The notes under the pieces were generated by a model. The model ran no database searches and was not told the origin of the DNA. It saw nothing but the letters and a program-made list of their open reading frames with translations. Positions 1 to 11,500 of a stretch of DNA of 64,000 nucleotides are shown one piece after another. The position numbers were made by a program, and so were the translations under genes. Position 1 is the first letter of the stretch. The number at the start of each line of letters is the position of its first letter. This DNA comes from Candidatus Lambdaproteobacteria bacterium RIFOXYD2_FULL_50_16. GTDB taxonomy: Bacteria > SAR324 > XYD2-FULL-50-16. The stretch lies in contig MFNE01000047.1 in NCBI GenBank assembly GCA_001783695.1, positions 3,555 through 67,554 on the forward strand. The letters are read 5' to 3'.

Positions 1-48
1 GGCCACTTTTCTATACTAGGGGAAGTTGGACCAACCTACACACTGCCT

Positions 49-240
49 ATGGTCGTCAAACCGGATACCCCCCATTGTCGGCAATGCCGACACTATTACA
101 TAACTTGGGACCCAACTTACCCTTACGGTTGCCGGAAGATGGGTTTCAAGTCCACTAAAGCACCCTGGGACGAGGTGATCGATATCTCAGGGCAAACTTG
201 CCAAGTTTTCGAACCCAAACCCAAAAGACCTAATGAATAA
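49..240 (+). CDS. small Cys-rich hypothetical protein (63 aa, CxxC plus two further Cys; possible zinc-ribbon)
   Basis: Provided ORF, positioned immediately upstream of coaD and overlapping it by 8 bp. Four Cys spaced CRQC...C...C. No family recognised. Confidence 0.25.
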   Translation: MVVKPDTPHCRQCRHYYITWDPTYPYGCRKMGFKSTKAPWDEVIDISGQTCQVFEPKPKRPNE

Positions 241-727
241 TCAAATCGCCCTTTACCCAACTAGTGCTGCACCGCCCACATGGGGCCACGCCGATCTAAT
301 GGCACGCGGAGCGGCTCATTTTGGCAGGCTTATCTGGGTAGCAGCGCTCAATCCTAATAAGGTCTCCCTCTTTAGTGTGCAAAGTCGATTGGACATGATG
401 CAGGATTATGTCGATTATTACAAGCTCAACAACGTGAGTATCTGTTCTTATGAGGGTTCGATTGCTCGCTTGGCTCATACTGAAGGGGCCAGGGTGATCA
501 TTCGCGGGTTGCGTGGCCCCCAGGACTTACCTCAAGAAATGGAATTGGCTCAAGGGTACCGCGGGATAAAGGACGATTTGGAAACCTTTTGTCTTTTTGC
601 GGACCCCAATCTAGTGCGTGTTAGTAGCTCGATGGTGCGCGAGTTGGCCCGGTTGGGCGAATCGATTGAGGCTTATGTGCTGCCCGAGGTGGCCAAGATT
701 GTTTATAAAGAATTAACTCGCCATTAA
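233..727 (+). CDS. coaD: phosphopantetheine adenylyltransferase
   Basis: 164 aa with a nucleotidyltransferase N-terminus (ALYPTSAAPPTWGHADLM, matching the T/HxGH motif) and the C-terminal SSSMVRE motif typical of CoaD. Confidence 0.75.
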   Translation: MNNQIALYPTSAAPPTWGHADLMARGAAHFGRLIWVAALNPNKVSLFSVQSRLDMMQDYVDYYKLNNVSICSYEGSIARLAHTEGARVIIRGLRGPQDLPQEMELAQGYRGIKDDLETFCLFADPNLVRVSSSMVRELARLGESIEAYVLPEVAKIVYKELTRH

Positions 728-1293
728 CCAAGCCAAGCTTGGAGCGCCTTAACTGCCAGGGTCCGGTGGCTGATTTGGTTTTTTTGGTCACTAGAGAGTT
801 GGGCGTAACTTAGGTTTTGGCCTTGGGGGTAAAAAATAGCGTCCCAGCCAAAACCCTGATCCCCTTGGGGTGGTCCAATCTGTCCTGGAACCAGTCCTTC
901 AAATTGCAGCACTTCGCCGGTTTTAACCAAACCTAAAGACAGCAAGCACAGGGCTTCGGCTTCCTTTGATTTGTCAATCAATAGGTTGGCCAAACCCGCT
1001 GGTCCCAAGGCGTCTAGGCAAGGCTTGACTAAGGCTCCAGGGAAGCCTCCTAAGCTTAAAAAACGCAAAGAGGTGTCGTCGGTCAAGACGGCGTCGTACC
1101 GGAGTTTTTCTTGTTCGTTTAGCTGAGACAAAGCCTCCTTGGCCTTGTGCAGCCCAATCTCTTGAGCGTCAAGGCTTTGGATCTCGATGAGGTCGATTCT
1201 TTTGTGCGCCAGTTCCAAGCCCCCTAATAGGGACTGGAACTCGGCGGCTTTGCCGCGGTTGCCCGTAATTAGCAACAACCGCTTTGGTTTCAT
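724..1293 (-). CDS. rdgB: non-canonical purine NTP pyrophosphatase (RdgB/Ham1 ITPase)
   Basis: 189 aa starting [13 protein letters not shown], with the FGWDAIF motif of the Ham1/RdgB family. Confidence 0.75.
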   Translation of the reverse strand: MKPKRLLLITGNRGKAAEFQSLLGGLELAHKRIDLIEIQSLDAQEIGLHKAKEALSQLNEQEKLRYDAVLTDDTSLRFLSLGGFPGALVKPCLDALGPAGLANLLIDKSKEAEALCLLSLGLVKTGEVLQFEGLVPGQIGPPQGDQGFGWDAIFYPQGQNLSYAQLSSDQKNQISHRTLAVKALQAWLG

Positions 1294-2891
1294 CCCTTGG
1301 GAGTCGGGCTAACCTTGACCAATTCTGGGTCTTCAGCAGCAAAACGCTCAAAGTTTTTGATAAACATGTGGGCCAATTTGTCGCGCATCTCGTCGTATGC
1401 GTGATGATCGTCCCAAGTGTTGCGAGGGTTTAAGATTGCCGAGTTGATATTAGGCAGGTGTAGTGGGATTTCAAACCCAAACACCGAGTCCTTATGCCAC
1501 TCGGATTCACCAATGGTCCCTTCTAAAATTGCGGTGATCATCTTTCTAGTGTCAGGCAGGTTCATCCGCTTGCCCACTCCATAAGGCCCGCCGGTCCAGC
1601 CGGTATTAACCAAAAAGGCGTTGACCTTATGGGTCCGCATCTTTTCAGCCAACAAATCCGAATAAACTTTAGGGCGCAGCGTCATAAATGGGCTGCCAAA
1701 ACAGGTGGAGAAGGTGGCTTGCGGTTCAGTGATCCCACGCTCGGTGCCCGCCACTTTCGCCGTATAACCCGACAAGAAGTGGTAGCTCGCCTGCTCTGGG
1801 GTTAACCGCGCAATCGGAGGCAACACCCCAAACGCATCGCAAGTGAGGAAGATAATGTTCTTCGGATGCCCAGCAACCGAAGGGATCTTGGTGTTTTCGA
1901 TATTGTGAAGTGGGTAAGAAACCCGGGTGTTTTCGGTCTTAGACTTGTCGTGATAATCAGGAACCCGGTTTTCGTCATACACCACGTTTTCCAAAATCGC
2001 CTCAAAGCGGATCGCGTTCCAGATGTCTGGCTCTTTTTCCGGGTCAAGGTCGATTACCTTAGCGTAACACCCACCCTCAAGGTTAAAGATTCCGTCTTTA
2101 GACCATCCGTGTTCGTCGTCGCCAATCAGGGCCCGATCAGGATCGGTGGATAAGGTAGTTTTGCCAGTGCCCGAGAGGCCGAAAAATAGGGCTACGTCCC
2201 CTTTTTTTCCCACGTTAGCCGAACAATGCATACTCATAACCCCTTTGAGGGGCAAGAGAAAGTTCATAACCGAGAAAATCCCTTTCTTCATTTCTCCGCC
2301 GTAATGGGTGCCGCCAATGATGGCGAACTTTTGGGCCAAGTTGAAGATCACAAAAACTTCCGAGTTAAGCCCCAGCTCTTTGTATTCCTTTTCGGTATAT
2401 AAAGCCGCGTTGAGGATGGTAAACTGAGGCTCGAAATTTTGCAGTTCCTCCTTTTTAGGGCGGATAAACATGTTTCGAACAAAATGTGCATGCCAGGGTT
2501 TTTTGGTGATAATCCGTATGGGCATTTGGTGCTTTTTGTCGGCACCGCAGAAACCGTCAAACATATAAAGGTCTTTGCCCGATAAAAAGGTAGCTACTCG
2601 CCCTTTTAAGGTTTCGAATACTTCTGGCTTCAGTGGCTGGTTGACCGCTCCCCACCAAACATGTTCGGAAGTAGTCGGTTCATCAACGATAAATTTGTCT
2701 TTGGGGCTCCTCCCGGTAAATTTTCCCGTATCCACCATCAAGGACCCATTGGGACCCAAACAGCCTTCGCCAAAGCGGAGTTCGTGTTCGACTAATTCTT
2801 GAGGGGTGAGGTTACGAAAAATTTTGCCTAGGTTTTTTAAGCCCAGCTTTTCTAATCCATAGATGTCGTTTGACATGTCGTTTCCTTGCAA
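1290..2891 (-). CDS. pckA: phosphoenolpyruvate carboxykinase (ATP)
   Basis: 533 aa with the kinase-1a P-loop [11 protein letters not shown], and length and overall similarity to ATP-PEPCK. Confidence 0.9.
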   Translation of the reverse strand: MQGNDMSNDIYGLEKLGLKNLGKIFRNLTPQELVEHELRFGEGCLGPNGSLMVDTGKFTGRSPKDKFIVDEPTTSEHVWWGAVNQPLKPEVFETLKGRVATFLSGKDLYMFDGFCGADKKHQMPIRIITKKPWHAHFVRNMFIRPKKEELQNFEPQFTILNAALYTEKEYKELGLNSEVFVIFNLAQKFAIIGGTHYGGEMKKGIFSVMNFLLPLKGVMSMHCSANVGKKGDVALFFGLSGTGKTTLSTDPDRALIGDDEHGWSKDGIFNLEGGCYAKVIDLDPEKEPDIWNAIRFEAILENVVYDENRVPDYHDKSKTENTRVSYPLHNIENTKIPSVAGHPKNIIFLTCDAFGVLPPIARLTPEQASYHFLSGYTAKVAGTERGITEPQATFSTCFGSPFMTLRPKVYSDLLAEKMRTHKVNAFLVNTGWTGGPYGVGKRMNLPDTRKMITAILEGTIGESEWHKDSVFGFEIPLHLPNINSAILNPRNTWDDHHAYDEMRDKLAHMFIKNFERFAAEDPELVKVSPTPKG

Positions 2892-2972
2892 AGATGATCC
2901 TGCTTTAAAACCATGGAACGCATTTAAATTTTAAACTGATTTAGGCCGGGAGCGCAAGGGAGAATCGAGGTT

Positions 2973-3692
2973 TTATGAAGTCTCAAAATCAATCAGTAAA
3001 AGCTGGTCCCCCTCAGCAGGGGCTGAATCTAATAGGTTATGGCCTAAAAACCCACAAGAACAACCCGCAAAGCCCACTTGATCTTGGGTGCCATGGGCAT
3101 TGGCGATTAAGGTGACCCCAGGGAAGCCCAAAAGGCGGCTAAGCCAATAGCGGTGTACATCTAAGCCCTGCTCAAGCCAGTGCATCGACAAACATAAAAT
3201 GTCGCAGCCATGCATCCTTTGATTATAAACTAAATCAGGGAAGTTGAGATCCATGCAGATCCCCAACCCCAAACGGCCCAGCTCGGTTTGGACTGTGGCA
3301 AATGGGCCAATACCAGGGCTGGCCCAGGGTCGGTCTGCTTCAAAGAGGTGTCGTTTTTGGTAGTTTAGTAAAAGTTCCCCTTGAGGGTCGATTAGGTTTT
3401 GGCTGTTAAAAATTTGCCCTGCTAATAGTTGTGGATACCCATAAACAAAATAGAGCCCCAATTTTTTGCAGGCATGAGCAAAAAATTCAAAGCTTTCGCC
3501 TTTGGCTTCTTCGGCAAAAGGGGCGACCTCTGGGGGAGAATAAAAGAGATAGCCACTTATGATCATTTCTGGAGCGACCACCAATCGGGCTCCGGCTTGG
3601 GCAGCTAGGGTCAGTTGCTCAAACAGGAAAGCTCGGTTAAAAGTAGGGTCTTTAGGTCGAGGGAGGAATTGAATAACAGCGACTTTATTCAT
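2973..3692 (-). CDS. carbon-nitrogen hydrolase family protein (nitrilase/amidase superfamily)
   Basis: 239 aa with the VVAPEM motif carrying the catalytic Glu, the conserved Lys region, and a C-terminal Cys-containing block, as in CN_hydrolase proteins. Confidence 0.65.
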   Translation of the reverse strand: MNKVAVIQFLPRPKDPTFNRAFLFEQLTLAAQAGARLVVAPEMIISGYLFYSPPEVAPFAEEAKGESFEFFAHACKKLGLYFVYGYPQLLAGQIFNSQNLIDPQGELLLNYQKRHLFEADRPWASPGIGPFATVQTELGRLGLGICMDLNFPDLVYNQRMHGCDILCLSMHWLEQGLDVHRYWLSRLLGFPGVTLIANAHGTQDQVGFAGCSCGFLGHNLLDSAPAEGDQLLLIDFETS

Positions 3693-3880
3693 TGAAGGGC
3701 ACTATTGCATTGTTCTTGCAATTATCAAGCAGAGGGCTAAAAGGTCGAGGCCAGCCAAAACCTTTAACGGTGGGCTAAAACCCGTTTTGGTAACGATTTT
3801 GACCGAGACCCTAACTTTTATCAAGGTGCAAAATCGACGACTCTGTCGCATAATAAGACAAAAATTGTCGTGAGAGAACT

Positions 3881-4804
3881 ATGTTTATTCGTACATTTGC
3901 CTTTTTTTGCCTAGTGACCTTACTTAGCTCAAATCTATGGGCGCAGGTAGCGGTGCCCTCTATTGATCCAGTAGAGCCTGTTCTGGTTCCGGCTGCTTCT
4001 AGTTGGCGGATGGGTACCAGCGTCGGCGGCGGCGGCAATTACGGCAGCCAAACCGACAAAGACCAAAAGGTTATAGAACACCAATTTGATAATTATGGGA
4101 TCTTGGTTTTTCAGCCGACCCATGTGACCACGGAATTATACGCGACCTTCGACGATAACCAAGCCCAGTGGGATTCGACTAGTGACTTGTTTTACCCATA
4201 TAAACACCAAGAACAACGCCTGAATCTCGCGGTCCGTGGGGAAGGCCGGGTTTCGGTGGGTTTGGGGGCGGTTAGGCGCAGTTGGGACAATAGGGGCCTT
4301 TTGCGTCAACACAAGGGCTTCGGCGGTAGCTTTGGGGTCCGCATAGGTGACGGGATGTATCTGGCAGCCGGGATGAACCGAATTACCGAAGAAGTGGCTG
4401 AACACGAAGACAAACAATGGAACGAATTTTTAGCAGGAATCGGATTCGCTTATGGCGACCCAGATTCGAGCATGTTTCGCTTCGAGGCCTCGATGGCAAG
4501 GGTGCCAGAGGTGATCAAGGGAACGGTTTTGGCCGACATCAATCAAGCCCAAACTGAACAGGTCACCGATTTGGAGATTCTATTATATCGAATTTTGTTT
4601 TCAGCAAAAAACAAGGTAACCAAGACCTTAGCAACGCTCCCAGATCAAGCGGACCAAGAACTCACCCAGGTCCGCTACGGCTTTGGCTACCGGCGGTTGG
4701 GCTTCTCTTGGATCTTTTATCAGACGCGTGGGGTTGAAGGGCAGGGTGACAATAAACATGAACAGTTGTATTATAAAACAACGGTGGGTTTTGGCTTCTT
4801 GTAA
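3881..4804 (+). CDS. outer-membrane beta-barrel protein, paralog 1 (signal peptide, C-terminal GFGFL)
   Basis: N-terminal signal peptide (LWAQVAVPS) and C-terminal aromatic residue typical of OM beta-barrels. Clear N-terminal similarity to the next gene (DP..P.....AASxWR.G..VGG). Confidence 0.5.
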   Translation: MFIRTFAFFCLVTLLSSNLWAQVAVPSIDPVEPVLVPAASSWRMGTSVGGGGNYGSQTDKDQKVIEHQFDNYGILVFQPTHVTTELYATFDDNQAQWDSTSDLFYPYKHQEQRLNLAVRGEGRVSVGLGAVRRSWDNRGLLRQHKGFGGSFGVRIGDGMYLAAGMNRITEEVAEHEDKQWNEFLAGIGFAYGDPDSSMFRFEASMARVPEVIKGTVLADINQAQTEQVTDLEILLYRILFSAKNKVTKTLATLPDQADQELTQVRYGFGYRRLGFSWIFYQTRGVEGQGDNKHEQLYYKTTVGFGFL

Positions 4805-4816
4805 GGGAGAAAAGGG

Positions 4817-5797
4817 ATGAAAGCTTGGATATGCAACTTGACACTTGGCCTGCTGGGGTTAGTGAGTGCCCTGCCCCTTTCTGCGCAAGTAGTTACCCCT
4901 TATCTTGATCCCACTTTGGCCCCAAGATATGCCGCCGCTTCCGGTTGGCGAGAAGGCTCTGTGGTTGGTGGTGCCTACATGAGCCGCGATGGCCATAGGC
5001 ACCAGGGGGCCGTTCAACAATACGAATTTGTAGGCAGCCAGTCCGAGGGGACAGCAGCCCTCAAGTTCGACACTTCGGTCTTGGAAGCGCAAGTGTTGCA
5101 AAACAATAACACCACTAAGGTGTATGTCGCTTCGGATCAGCCGGTGCAAAGTTCTTTGCAAAAAAGCCAAGTCGATCTATCGGTTATCGGCGGCGACTTT
5201 GCCAGCTTGGGACTTGATTATGGTGTCGTGGAGACGGTTACCTATTACGACCTTACCACCCCAAGTGTTAAAGAAAAAGAAGAGCGAACCACCGGGAGCC
5301 TTTCCATTCGTGTGGGCTCTGCCTTATATGTAGGAGGTGCTTATTCCAGGGTTGGGAAAAAAAGTGGTCTATATGTAGATAACAATTGGAGCGAGGTTGC
5401 TGCTGGGGTGGGACTACGTACAGGTAGCCCAGGAGGGTCCAGATTCCGTATGGAGGTTTCGGTGACCCAGTCCCCTAAAACCACCAAGGACTCAGCCGAA
5501 GGCAAGACCGCTGCGGGGCACCCTCGAACGGCTATTAACCAAGCCTCGGTAGAGATTATGTTGGCCGGTCTCCTTTTTTCAGGCGAGTCCATCGCCAAAA
5601 AGGAAGAGGTCCATTTGGTGGACCCTACGACTAGCGCGAGTATTGATTCGGTAACTGTTGAGGTTAACCGGGGCGGGGTGTTGTGGGTGCCCAACGAGGG
5701 TTTGGTAATGGGCTTTTATTTTGGTAGTGAAAAACACACCCAACTCTACGTCGATGCTTTCTCCGATTTCCAAGTCAAGTTAGGCTACCTCTTTTAA
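4817..5797 (+). CDS. outer-membrane beta-barrel protein, paralog 2 (signal peptide, C-terminal LGYLF)
   Basis: Tandem paralog of 3881..4804 with signal peptide LSAQVVTPY and a C-terminal Phe. Confidence 0.5.
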   Translation: MKAWICNLTLGLLGLVSALPLSAQVVTPYLDPTLAPRYAAASGWREGSVVGGAYMSRDGHRHQGAVQQYEFVGSQSEGTAALKFDTSVLEAQVLQNNNTTKVYVASDQPVQSSLQKSQVDLSVIGGDFASLGLDYGVVETVTYYDLTTPSVKEKEERTTGSLSIRVGSALYVGGAYSRVGKKSGLYVDNNWSEVAAGVGLRTGSPGGSRFRMEVSVTQSPKTTKDSAEGKTAAGHPRTAINQASVEIMLAGLLFSGESIAKKEEVHLVDPTTSASIDSVTVEVNRGGVLWVPNEGLVMGFYFGSEKHTQLYVDAFSDFQVKLGYLF

Positions 5798-6855
5798 AGC
5801 CCACGCCGCCGCCCGGTCTCTAGCCGACGGGCCTTCCAGTGCTGGGCTTTTATCTCCCGAAAGGCCTCCATTACCTGGGCCGGTTCGGTCCCTAAACATT
5901 CAAGCTCGCAGCCTTGTTGGTAATGGCATTTCCTTTTGCAACCTGGGTCAAATTCCAGGCCGCGGTGTTTGGTGCTGCCTGGTGGCATCCAGTTCTCGAC
6001 TAAAGGGCGGCCAAAGACGGCCAAGCTCGGGCACCCAGCGGCGATAGCGAAATGCATCGGGCCATTGTCGTTGCCTAGGTGGAAGTCGGCCAATTCAAAG
6101 AGGGCTACCGTTTGGCTTAGATTGGGTATCGGATAGTCGCCTAAGTCCTCCAGGCCCAGCTTAGCTAGCTCAACGCGAAGATTTTCTACACAATCCTTCT
6201 CTTCTTCGAGCCCCCATTGGAGTAACAATTGAGCCCCCGTTTCTTCCAAGATTGGCTGGATCGCTCGCGCAAAATTAATGGCGGGCCAGACTTTATAAAG
6301 CTGGCGGGAGACTGGAGACAGGGTAACCAAGGGTCGGGTCCGGTCCCAGCCGAGCCGGTCCAAGCAGTCGAGTGCCCAGGTTCGGTCGTCAGGGCCGATG
6401 GGGAAGTCTAAAGCCAGGTCCCCACCTTGGATTCCCAAGGGTTCCAAGAGCGCCAACCGTTCAGCGGCGGAATAGGAGGCTTGGGGATGGTGAGGGTGGG
6501 TGTAGAAAATAGATTGAAACACCTTTCTCCGCCCTACCCGCACCGGGGCCCCGGTGAACCTACTCAGCAATGCTGTAGCTAGCCTGCCATAAATATCAAC
6601 AACTAAATCAAATTTTTGAGCCCTTAGCTGCTTAAAAATCGCCCAACCTTCTCGCCAATTATTGTCTTTGGGAGCCAACCAAACCCGGTCCACTGCCAGG
6701 TTGTGCTTTAAAAGCTGATCCGCCGGGGGGCAAGTCAAAAAATGCAGCTCCGCTTCCGGCCATCGGGCTTTCAGCGCCCGAATCGCCGGGGTGCACATCA
6801 AGACATCGCCTAACTGCTTGAGTTGGATACAGAGGATTTTTTTAGGATTCATCAA
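5794..6855 (-). CDS. glycosyltransferase family 9 (ADP-heptose:LPS heptosyltransferase-like)
   Basis: 353 aa with N-terminus KILCIQLKQLGDVLMCTPAIRALK, typical of RfaF/WaaC/WaaQ GT9 enzymes. Confidence 0.75.
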   Translation of the reverse strand: MMNPKKILCIQLKQLGDVLMCTPAIRALKARWPEAELHFLTCPPADQLLKHNLAVDRVWLAPKDNNWREGWAIFKQLRAQKFDLVVDIYGRLATALLSRFTGAPVRVGRRKVFQSIFYTHPHHPQASYSAAERLALLEPLGIQGGDLALDFPIGPDDRTWALDCLDRLGWDRTRPLVTLSPVSRQLYKVWPAINFARAIQPILEETGAQLLLQWGLEEEKDCVENLRVELAKLGLEDLGDYPIPNLSQTVALFELADFHLGNDNGPMHFAIAAGCPSLAVFGRPLVENWMPPGSTKHRGLEFDPGCKRKCHYQQGCELECLGTEPAQVMEAFREIKAQHWKARRLETGRRRGL

Positions 6856-7586
6856 AGGGGCTGGGGCATGGAGGTCCCTTCAAAGTTAAAGAGTTCTAAG
6901 GCGAATTCGTAGGTTTCTTTGGCTGCCAGAAAGTCCAAGGTCCCGCCGACCAGACCCCCGGCTAGGGGGATGGCCTTGCTGAGTCGAGTAAATCCCTTCT
7001 GCGAAGACAATAACATCAACCGTTTGACCACCTGTTGGTTCAGGAGCAACCAAGTTTTTTTGGGCACCCCATAAAATTGGCCTTGTGCAAGTTTGCGCTG
7101 GATCTCAACAAAGTCCGACTCGACCAATTCCTTACCGCGCTTGCCCAATAAACACAAGGCGATTGCAGTGCGCACCGGGGGCTCGTTTAAATCGAATCCG
7201 CCTAAATGGGCCATGGCTCCAACCATCCGAATCTGCAAGACCCAAGCGACGGCCATACTGGCCGGAATCGCAATTGGGAGGCTAATCAAGCCCCCTAGGC
7301 TAGTAACAAAACCGCCAGCAAATGTTTTTTTTAGTTCCCTTTGAGCCAAAGCCGAGATACGCTCGCCCTTTGACTTTAGTTTTGGGTCCTCCTCATAAGT
7401 TCGGGCGAGGTCAACCGCACTTTTAAGCGGACCCACTCCTTCAAGTCCCATCTTAAGAAGATGATCTAAGGCTTTGATGGAATTTTGAAGAAACTGTTTG
7501 GTTTCTTCAAGGTCGCGAGGGGTTAGAGTTATCATTGTAACGGCTTTTGGGTTGTAGAGTTTGTTCTGCCGAACTTTGAATATCAA
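6852..7586 (-). CDS. EcsC-family protein
   Basis: 244 aa with composition and motifs resembling the EcsC family. Assigned from memory of the family only. Confidence 0.45.
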   Translation of the reverse strand: MIFKVRQNKLYNPKAVTMITLTPRDLEETKQFLQNSIKALDHLLKMGLEGVGPLKSAVDLARTYEEDPKLKSKGERISALAQRELKKTFAGGFVTSLGGLISLPIAIPASMAVAWVLQIRMVGAMAHLGGFDLNEPPVRTAIALCLLGKRGKELVESDFVEIQRKLAQGQFYGVPKKTWLLLNQQVVKRLMLLSSQKGFTRLSKAIPLAGGLVGGTLDFLAAKETYEFALELFNFEGTSMPQPL

Positions 7587-7638
7587 GGGGAGGAAGAAAA
7601 AACAAATGCTGTTTGATTTGGGTTTGTTTTAACCCTGG

Positions 7639-7666
7639 ATAGGACATCAAAAACGTCCTATTTTTT
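7639..7666. other. perfect 7-bp inverted repeat (ATAGGAC / GTCCTAT) with 9-nt loop followed by T6, in the AT-rich leader upstream of the EcsC-like gene and ~200 bp upstream of actA
   Basis: Seen directly in the sequence. Its function (terminator, attenuator or operator) is unknown. Confidence 0.35.
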
Positions 7667-7872
7667 ATGGTAATGTAAATATATAATCTAAAAAAAGCAA
7701 GACAAAACAGAAATCTAAGATGTATTCCAAAATATGAATAAAATGATGTTTTAAAAAGGATATTGATTTTTAATATTTCGTATGTTGTGATCCTCCCACT
7801 TTCGTTCTGTTAAAAGAAACGAAACGGGACATAGGACAATACCTTACGCGCGCCACGAGGCGGCCTACTTAA

Positions 7873-8517
7873 TTGCTCATCACCGGTTTTCGAATGAAGA
7901 GACTAGGTCAAAACGTAATCCGCAGAGCCTTAGCGGTTCTGGCGGCTTCAATGCTGGCCGTTCCGTCTTTGGCATTAGCCGGAGACTTCACCCAGCCGAT
8001 CAAGTTCAGCCATGTAACTCATGCTGGCAAAAACGAGGTGCCCTGCGAATTTTGTCATATCTACGCAAGGCGCTCCATCACCTCGGGTATCCCTCCCGTC
8101 CGCACCTGCTTTGGCTGCCATCAGGTGGTCTCGGGCACTACAGACGAGCAGAAGACCGAGATCAAAAAAGTTTTAGAATATTGGGAGCGGCAAGAGCCCA
8201 TCCCTTGGAAAAAGGTTCACGACGTTCCTGACTTTGTCTATTTTTCGCACAAGCGTCACATCCAGATTGGGTTTGATTGTACTCAATGTCATGGAGACGT
8301 GACCAAGGTCGAGGAATGGAACTTTGACACCATGAAGCAACAGTTGAGTATGGGTTGGTGTGTTAAATGCCACATTACCCAACACCCGACTGCTAATGGA
8401 AAAATCGCCGGCCCCGCCCGCAAAACTCGCGGTGCAGCCGTGATCAGTGGAGCGGCAAAAGTACAGCCCGATGGACATATCTCCGGGTCTAAAGACTGTT
8501 TCATCTGCCACAAGTAA
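7873..8517 (+). CDS. actA: Alternative Complex III subunit ActA (pentaheme cytochrome c)
   Basis: Signal anchor plus five CxxCH motifs (CEFCH, CFGCH, CTQCH, CVKCH, CFICH). It is the first gene of an act-type operon. Confidence 0.8.
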   Translation: MLITGFRMKRLGQNVIRRALAVLAASMLAVPSLALAGDFTQPIKFSHVTHAGKNEVPCEFCHIYARRSITSGIPPVRTCFGCHQVVSGTTDEQKTEIKKVLEYWERQEPIPWKKVHDVPDFVYFSHKRHIQIGFDCTQCHGDVTKVEEWNFDTMKQQLSMGWCVKCHITQHPTANGKIAGPARKTRGAAVISGAAKVQPDGHISGSKDCFICHK

Positions 8518-8526
8518 TCAGGAGCA

Positions 8527-11500
8527 ATGATAATGACCAAAGGCATAAACCGCAGAGACTTCTTCAAGGTCGCCGCCGTAAGTGGCGCTGCGGCCGCGGT
8601 GGCCGGGTGTGGAACTGACCCGGTCGAAGATATCATCCCAATGCTGGTCCCGCCCTCTGAGTACAATCCCGGCGTGACCATCTTTTTTGCTAGTACCTGC
8701 CACGAATGCTCGGCAGCCTGCGGTGTAGTCCTTAGGACTCGCGAAGGTCGAGCGATTAAAGCAGATGGCAACCCCAAGCACCCCTTAAACAAAGGGAGTA
8801 TTTGCGCTATGGGTCAGGCGAGCATGCAGGCTATGTATAGCCCTAGTCGCTCCAAAGGCCCTAATAAAGGTGGCGCAGCCGTAACTTGGGACGCCGGGCT
8901 CACGGAGCTGGCTGATAAAATGAAAGCGGCCTCTAAGGTGCTTTACATTGGACGGGCCCACTCGGGTAGTATCAATACGTTGATCAATGATGTCCTGGCT
9001 GGAGCCGGGGGTGGCACCAAGTTGGAATTCGACATGATGCCCACCAGTTCGCTGCGCAAAGGAAACGAGATCGCCTTTGGTACGAGCGAGATTCCAGACT
9101 ACGCCATCTCTAAAGCAAAAACCCTGATTAGCTTCGGGGCAGACTTCATGGAGTCTTGGCTAAACAACCAAGCCAACACCCGCGAGTTTACTAAGATGCA
9201 TGCCTTCGCTAACGGCGAGAAAGGCAAGTATATCCATGTAGCACCACACATGACCCAGACTGGCACCAACGCCGATCGGTGGGTTGCGGTTAAGCCCGGA
9301 CAAGAAGCATTGGTCGCCCTAGCGGTTGCCCATGCGCTCCTGCCCAATTCGGCTTTAAGCGGAGACGGGGGCTTGAAGTCTTATTTAGACAACTACAGCA
9401 TCGAAAAAGTATCGGCTCTGACTGGGGTGTCTAAAAAGATGCTTGAAGAGTTGGCCGCTGATTTTGACAAAAAAGGCGAAAGCCTAGCCATAGCGGGTGG
9501 TACCGCTTCGCAAACGGGCGAGTCAACCAAGCTACAGGTGGCGGTTAATCTCCTCAACGCAGTTGCTGGCAACATCGGCAAAACCGTGTTGTTTGGGGCG
9601 AATCAGCAACTAGGGGGTGACTCTGCTGATCAAATTGTGGCTGCTCTTAATAAGGCAGCTGCTGGTGAGTATCAGGTGGTGATTGTAGAAAACGCCAACT
9701 TGGTTTACGCCCTGCCCAATACTGCCGGAGTAGCAGAAACCCTTAAAAAGGTTGGTTACTTGGTTAGCTTATCAACCGAGGCGGATGAGACCAGCAGCTT
9801 AGCATCGATACATTTGCCCACTAGCCACGCAGTGGAATCTTGGGGTGACGCCAACCCCCGCACTGGGATTCATAACCTTCAGCAACCGGCCATGGCCAAG
9901 TTGCCCGGATACGATACCCAAAGCCTAGGTGACCTGTTTTTGAGGTTAGGCCAAAAGCTGGGTGCCCCCGGTACGGAAGCAGCCGATTATCAAGCATACA
10001 TTAAAGCAGTTTGGGCAAAAAACCACAAAGACTGGGGGGGCGCCGGGGCCTTTGATGCTTTCTGGAAGTCTTCTTTGCAAAACGGTGGACACTTCACCGA
10101 TTACGAAGCCAAAGGAGCCAGCCTACAAGCTGCCGCGTATAGCAACGCCCAAGCCCCTGGCGAAGGGGCAAAAGGCTTGACTTTGATTGCGGTCAACAGC
10201 CCTCTGCACAACGCTTCGGGTCAAAACGGCAACCGCACTTGGATGTTAGAGATTCCGCACCCAGTGACCCAATTAGTTTGGGATTCTTGGGTCGAAATCA
10301 ATCCAGACACGGCGGTTGAGTTAGGGATTAATTCAGGCGATTTGGTTGAAATTACTACCGCCACCGGCACCCAAAAAGTGGGCGCTTGGGTTTATTATGG
10401 GATTGCTCCAGGCGTAGTGGCTATGCCCACTGGCTTAGGACGAAGTTTACCCTTCCCGACTTATATTTCGACCCGTGGAAAATCGATTTTATTGCCTCAT
10501 GTGGAGATGGCTTCGGATGTTAAACTGGCTGATATTTCAGTTGGCGAAAACGTCACCGACCTTTTTGCTTACAAGACCGACGCCCAGTCTGGCGATTTGG
10601 TGATGCAAGCGGCGGTTTCTAGCCTTAAATCGACAGGTACTGCCGCCTATCAGGTGACCCCGGAAGGGACCCATACCTCGCATGACGCTGCCGCGCTAAC
10701 CGGGAAATATACCAAGGCCAATATGGGCGACCATAGCCAAAAAGGCCGAGGTTTTGTTCAGGTTGCTTCGGTAGAAGAAATGAACGGACATGGCCAAGGC
10801 CATGGGGAAGGTCATCACCTACGGCACCGGCATTATACGGTTGATAACCGCATTAGTAATACTGATTTCTATCAGGAACGCGCTGCGGATATCGCTTACC
10901 ACACCGAATGGAGTGGAGCCGAAAAACCGGTATATTACGAGAATTACAAGTGGGAAATGGCGATTGATTTGGATCGCTGCACCGGTTGTTCTGCCTGCGT
11001 AGTTGCTTGTTATGCTGAAAACAACATCGCTGTGGTGGGTAAAGAGCGGGTGTCTAAAGGTCGTGAAATGGCCTGGATTCGTATGACTCGCTACATGGAC
11101 CATAACGAAGAAACCGGTGCCTTAGAGACCTACTACACCCCCAACATGTGTGGCCAGTGTGCCAACGCTGGGTGTGAGCCGGTATGTCCGGTCTATGCGA
11201 CCTATCATAACGACGAAGGGATCAACGCGATGATTTATAACCGCTGCGTTGGGACTAGGTATTGTCTGAATAACTGTATTTATAAGCAGCGCCGATTCAA
11301 CTGGAGGACCTATGAGTTCCCAGCGCCGCTTCATATGCAGCTCAACCCGTCTATGACGGTCCGGGAAAAAGGGGTGATGGAGAAGTGTAACTTCTGCTAC
11401 TCCCGGATTCGCGAGGGGAAGGACAATGCAAAAGACGAAGGACGATTGGTAATTGACGGCGAGATCAAAACCGCCTGCCAAGAGACTTGTGCGGCCGACG

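Noticed and set aside
1802-2153. ORFs 1802..2047 (-) and 1866..2153 (+), both lying inside pckA
   Set aside because: They are fully contained in the 533-aa PEPCK gene and have low-complexity R/L-rich translations. These are shadow ORFs.
8173-8792. Antisense ORFs (112, 167, 87 aa) overlapping actA/actB
   Set aside because: They are embedded in strongly supported heme- and Tat-motif genes, with no independent signals.
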